This document shows positions 1 to 2,849 of a stretch of DNA of 2,849 nt, in pieces. How positions within the stretch are numbered: the stretch's first letter is position 1; each line of letters starts with the position of its first letter. The position numbers and the translations under genes are program-made. The notes below the pieces were generated by a model that had not been told where the DNA came from, did not search any database, and saw nothing but the letters and a program-made list of their open reading frames with translations. This DNA is from a virus (taxonomy: Duplodnaviria > Heunggongvirae > Uroviricota > Caudoviricetes). The stretch lies in IMG/VR virus record IMGVR_UViG_2563366894_000007. One strand, given 5' to 3'.

Positions 1-201
1 GCCGCAGCCAGTTCTGCAAGCGCGGCGGCTGCTTCTGCCACTGCATCAGCTAACAGTCAAAAAGCAGCAAAAACCAGTGAAACCAACGCAAAGGTGAGCG
101 AAACAGCGGCTGCGAACTCAGCGAAAGCATCGGCAGCAAGCCAGACGGCAGCTAAAGCAAGCGAAGATGCAGCCAGAGAGTACGCAAGCCAGGCTGCGGA
201 G
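1..201 (+). repeat. Low-complexity GC-rich coding tract (degenerate Ala/Ser-rich peptide repeats) inside the fiber gene
   Basis: Dominated by GCN/AGC/TCN codons. The translation shows reiterated A-A-K-x-S-E-x-N-A / A-x-S-A-K-A-S units. Composition is visibly more GC-rich than the rest of the window. Confidence 0.65.
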
Positions 202-1518
202 CCGTATAAATATGTCTTACAGCCGCTGCCTGATGTGTGGATACCATTTAACGATTCGCTGGATATGATTACGGGCTTTTCGCCGTCATATAAAAAAATT
301 GTTATTGGTGACGATGAAATAACGATGCCTGGCGACAAGATTGTTAAGTTTAAACGTGCATCGAAAGCAACCTATATTAACAAATCTGGTGTGCTGACAG
401 AGGCTGCCATTGACGAGCCACGATTTGAACGTGATGGCCTGCTTATTGAGGGGCAAAGAACTAATCTTCTGCTTAATTCAACAAATCCATCTAAATGGAA
501 TAAGTCAGGCAATCTGGAACTCACAGAAATATCCACGGATTCTTTTAATTTTACTTATGGGAGATTTACTGTAAAAGATACTCTTATTGGTCAGACAAGT
601 GCTATTAATATCGTAACGGTTTCTGGCAGTAAAGGGTTTGATGTCACAGGTGATGAAAAATATGTGACCATTTCATGCCGTGTAAGAAGTGATGTTGAAA
701 ATGTAAGGTGTCGTTTAAGATTTGAACACCATGATGGTTATACTTACACTTTTTTGGGAGATGCTTACCTCAATTTATCAACACTTGTAATTGATAAAGC
801 TGGTACTGCTGCAGACCGTATTATTGCAAAGGCTGTAAAAGATGAGGTTACTGGTTGGATTTTCTATCAGGCTACAATTAATGCACTAGATACAGAGAGC
901 ATGATTGGTGCGATGGTTCAATACGCTCCTGTAAAAGGTTCAGGCACAGCATCTGGAGACTATCTGGATATCGCAACTCCACAAGTGGAAGGTGGATCAA
1001 GTGCTTCGTCATTTATTGTAACTGATATAACTGCAAGCACTCGCGCAAGCGATATGGTGACAGTCCCAATCAAGAATAACCTTTATAATCTTCCTTTTAC
1101 GGTTCTTTGTGAGGTACATAAGAACTGGTATAAAACGCCAAATGCAGCGCCACGTGTTTTTGATACCGGCGGTCATCAAACCGGAGCGGCTATTATTCTT
1201 GGCTTCGGTCGTTCAACAGATTACGACGGATTTCCTTATTGCGATATTGGAGGAGCTAACAGACGGGTAAACGAAAACGCATCGCTTGAAAAAATGGTTA
1301 TGGGGATGCGTGTAAAGTCAGAGCAGTCTACGTGCTCAGTAAGTAACGGGCATATATCCAGCGAAACAAAAACCACATGGTCCTGTATTCAGAACACCGC
1401 AATTATCCGTATTGGAGGCCAGACTACAGCCGGGTTACGTCATTTATTTGGTCATGTCAGGAATTTCAGAATATGGCACAAGGCATTGACTGATGCTCAG
1501 GTGGGGGAGTCAATCTAA
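1..1518 (+). CDS. Tail fiber protein (side-tail-fiber-like), 5'-truncated by the window edge; Ala/Ser-rich N-terminal linker followed by a receptor-binding region
   Basis: Frame 1 is open from nt 1 to TAA at 1516-1518, with no stop and no start codon in the first 31 codons. The GTG at 94 used by the ORF track has AAGG directly abutting it with no spacer, so it is not a credible start and the gene begins upstream of the window. The first ~67 codons are low-complexity Ala/Ser/Thr/Lys (AAKTSETNAKVSETAAANSAKASAASQTAAKASEDAAREYASQAAE), which resembles the collar/linker region of lambda-type side tail fibers as I recall it. The C-terminus ends in a LamG/ConA-like lectin motif. Confidence 0.8.
   Translation, partial: AAASSASAAAASATASANSQKAAKTSETNAKVSETAAANSAKASAASQTAAKASEDAAREYASQAAEPYKYVLQPLPDVWIPFNDSLDMITGFSPSYKKIVIGDDEITMPGDKIVKFKRASKATYINKSGVLTEAAIDEPRFERDGLLIEGQRTNLLLNSTNPSKWNKSGNLELTEISTDSFNFTYGRFTVKDTLIGQTSAINIVTVSGSKGFDVTGDEKYVTISCRVRSDVENVRCRLRFEHHDGYTYTFLGDAYLNLSTLVIDKAGTAADRIIAKAVKDEVTGWIFYQATINALDTESMIGAMVQYAPVKGSGTASGDYLDIATPQVEGGSSASSFIVTDITASTRASDMVTVPIKNNLYNLPFTVLCEVHKNWYKTPNAAPRVFDTGGHQTGAAIILGFGRSTDYDGFPYCDIGGANRRVNENASLEKMVMGMRVKSEQSTCSVSNGHISSETKTTWSCIQNTAIIRIGGQTTAGLRHLFGHVRNFRIWHKALTDAQVGESI
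1432..1503 (+). other. C-terminal LamG/concanavalin-A-like lectin signature of the upstream fiber protein (putative receptor-binding jelly-roll domain; N-terminal extent undetermined)
   Basis: The translation GLRHLFGHVRNFRIWHKALTDAQV matches the characteristic C-terminal strand of Laminin_G_3-type domains (typical form ...DEVRIYNRALSAEEI). This is recognised by eye only. Confidence 0.5.
1500..1509 (+). promoter_or_regulatory. Shine-Dalgarno for the acidic ORF (GGTGGGGGAG), 8 nt upstream of ATG 1518
   Basis: Purine-rich GGGGGAG precedes the ATG. The ATG overlaps the upstream stop (TAATG at 1516-1520), which indicates translational coupling. Confidence 0.55.
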
Positions 1519-1799
1519 TGAAAGATTTAACACTCAAATTTGAAGACAGGGCCGACTTTTCGGCCTTTATGGAGAGTATTGGCTATTATGATGACGAGTC
1601 GATGCAGGATGATATTCTTATCGACGTGATAGGTAACGTGTACAAAGAAACCGGAGAACTGACTGAAGATGGCGAACCGGTATGTGTTAAGGAAGACGGA
1701 TATTTTGTAAACGTGCGCATCATTAATGATTCGCAAATATCGTCATTATTCGATGAATACGTGGTTGCTGTTGAGCATCAACTTCGTGGCTGGATGTGA
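1518..1799 (+). CDS. Small, strongly acidic hypothetical protein (93 aa); function unknown, possibly a fiber assembly/accessory factor
   Basis: ATG start with an upstream SD, 1-nt stop/start overlap with the fiber gene, and a TGA stop at 1797-1799. By my count it has 22 Asp/Glu against 7 Lys/Arg. I see no signal peptide or transmembrane segment and do not recognise a family. Confidence 0.6.
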   Translation: MKDLTLKFEDRADFSAFMESIGYYDDESMQDDILIDVIGNVYKETGELTEDGEPVCVKEDGYFVNVRIINDSQISSLFDEYVVAVEHQLRGWM

Positions 1800-1804
1800 G
1801 GAAG
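1798..1804 (+). promoter_or_regulatory. Shine-Dalgarno GAGGAAG for ATG 1809 (6-nt spacer from the GAGGA core), overlapping the TGA stop of the acidic ORF
   Basis: The sequence reads ggatgTGAGGAAGaaaaATGg. This is the strongest ribosome-binding site in the window. Confidence 0.6.
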
Positions 1805-1808
1805 AAAA

Positions 1809-1952
1809 ATGGCTACATCGACAGTAATTCCTGATGACATCAAAACGCTAAAATCCGACGTTAGCAAATTAAAAAACGATCAAGGAAGCTACGCAACAAA
1901 ATCTTATGTAGACAACAAAACTGAAATCGTTGGTGACTGCTCTGCATTATAG
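1809..1952 (+). CDS. 47-codon ORF with strong SD+ATG, ending at in-frame TAG; most likely the N-terminal segment of the downstream fiber-tip gene rather than an independent gene
   Basis: Translation is MATSTVIPDDIKTLKSDVSKLKNDQGSYATKSYVDNKTEIVGDCSAL, then TAG at 1950-1952. It is in the same frame as the 1965..2849 ORF. The ATKSYVDNK stretch resembles fiber N-terminal segments such as P2 gpH (from memory). Confidence 0.4.
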   Translation: MATSTVIPDDIKTLKSDVSKLKNDQGSYATKSYVDNKTEIVGDCSAL

Positions 1953-1964
1953 GATCAAAAAACA

Positions 1965-2849
1965 TTGCCAACAACTGGAACTATATTCAGCGGTAAGCTC
2001 CGTTTGACACATAAGACGGCAGGAGCGGAGAACGCTTATAGTGACATATATACCAGAAAAAATATTGATGGTACTAAAGATACAATGACGCGCATCATCA
2101 TGCACGACAGCAGAAAAAACATCTGTTGGGACTTTAGTGATCTTTACGGAGGAACTTTAATTTTTCCAGGTGATGACGGATACCTCAAGATGGGTAACTG
2201 CCTCATGTCATACAGTGAGCGGGGAAGTAACGCGCTTATTAAGTTTGATAATACCGACACATTGCAGATCAAATATGCTAATCACGGGTCGACCATGACA
2301 CTAAACACGCAAGGTACGGCGTATTCTGGTGTGTCGACGTTATTATGGGGAAATTCCAGCCGTCCTGTTGTTTATGAAGTCGGTGTTGATGGTGGCGCTT
2401 ATATGTTCTATGCGCAGAAAAATACCGATAACACCTATATGTTAAGCGTTAATGGTGCATGTCATGCCACCGCATTTAACCAGCATTCCGACCGGGATCT
2501 GAAAGACAACATTCAGGTGATCGATAATGCAACCGACCGCATCCGTAAAATGAACGGCTATACATACACGCTTAAAGAAAACGGTATGCCCTATGCTGGT
2601 GTCATTGCACAGGAAGCTCTGGAAGCAATCCCAGAAGTTGTAGGTTCCGCAATGAAATATCAGGACGGTGCGAGCGGATCGGAAGGTGAAGAAGGTGAAC
2701 GTTATTACACAGTAGATTATTCTGGTGTTACTGGCTTGCTTGTTCAGGTAGCCAGAGAGTCAGACGACAGAATAACAGCACTGGAAGAAGAAAACGCAGA
2801 ATTAAGACAAAGATTATCTGTAATTGAGGCGGCGCTTGCGTCTAAATAA
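1965..2849 (+). CDS. Tail-fiber receptor-binding tip protein with C-terminal intramolecular chaperone (Peptidase_S74-like) domain; start uncertain
   Basis: Open frame from the TAG at 1950 to TAA at 2847-2849. The first start is TTG 1965, with AGGA at 1951-1954 about 10 nt upstream; the next in-frame ATGs are at 2085 and 2100. The tip motif LLWGNSSRPVVYEVGVDGGAYMFYAQKNTDNTYMLSVNG resembles the conserved C-terminal tip of P2 gpH-type fibers (from memory). The C-terminus is an intramolecular chaperone domain. Confidence 0.7.
   Translation: MPTTGTIFSGKLRLTHKTAGAENAYSDIYTRKNIDGTKDTMTRIIMHDSRKNICWDFSDLYGGTLIFPGDDGYLKMGNCLMSYSERGSNALIKFDNTDTLQIKYANHGSTMTLNTQGTAYSGVSTLLWGNSSRPVVYEVGVDGGAYMFYAQKNTDNTYMLSVNGACHATAFNQHSDRDLKDNIQVIDNATDRIRKMNGYTYTLKENGMPYAGVIAQEALEAIPEVVGSAMKYQDGASGSEGEEGERYYTVDYSGVTGLLVQVARESDDRITALEEENAELRQRLSVIEAALASK
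2487..2846 (+). other. Intramolecular chaperone / autoproteolytic C-terminal domain (endosialidase-chaperone, Peptidase_S74 type)
   Basis: Hallmark motifs are present in order: HSDRDLKDNI at the cleavage site, NATDRIRKMNGYTY, YAGVIAQEALEAIPEVV, YYTVDYSGVTGLLVQVARE, and a terminal coiled-coil-like ITALEEENAELRQRLSVIEAAL. Confidence 0.75.

Noticed and set aside
94-96. GTG at 94 as the start of the fiber gene (as in the ORF track)
   Set aside because: The frame is open back to nt 1 and the only SD-like AAGG abuts the GTG with zero spacer. The gene almost certainly starts upstream of the window.
292-298. A7 homopolymer as a potential slippery or phase-variable tract
   Set aside because: It is short, lies in frame as Lys-Lys codons, and has no downstream structure or alternative-frame ORF of note.
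57-338. Minus-strand 93-aa ORF overlapping the Ala-rich region
   Set aside because: It is the antisense of a GCN-rich tract, which naturally lacks stops on the opposite strand. The product is low-complexity, there is no RBS, and it lies entirely within a well-supported + strand gene.
1527-1736. Minus-strand 69-aa ORF inside the acidic ORF
   Set aside because: It is fully antisense to a + strand CDS that has good translational signals, with no convincing SD and no recognisable features. Most likely a chance ORF.
1952-1977. Possible DNA-invertase crossover site (hix/gix-like half-site GGATCAAAAAAC) at the fiber constant/variable junction
   Set aside because: Only one half-site-like A-rich stretch is present and the expected inverted partner half is absent. 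There is no invertase gene and no inverted fiber cassette in the window.
1-2849. Diversity-generating retroelement target, CRISPR array, tRNA or other RNA gene
   Set aside because: I found no template/variable repeat pair, no regularly spaced direct repeats, and no tRNA-like cloverleaf signature (e.g. a GTTCGAATC T-loop) on reading the sequence.

Overview
This window reads as a phage or prophage tail-fiber (host-range) module, all on the + strand and tightly packed. It holds the 3' ~1.5 kb of a large tail-fiber gene that is open to the window's left edge, a 93-aa strongly acidic ORF whose ATG overlaps the fiber gene's stop codon, and a second fiber-tip gene ending in a recognisable self-cleaving intramolecular chaperone domain. 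The most unusual point is that the second fiber gene has a strong SD+ATG start at 1809 but is interrupted after 47 codons by an in-frame TAG (1950-1952); the same frame then runs uninterrupted to the end of the window. No rRNA, tRNA, CRISPR array, integrase or transposase is visible. All homology statements are from reading the translations and from memory of protein families; no database search was run.
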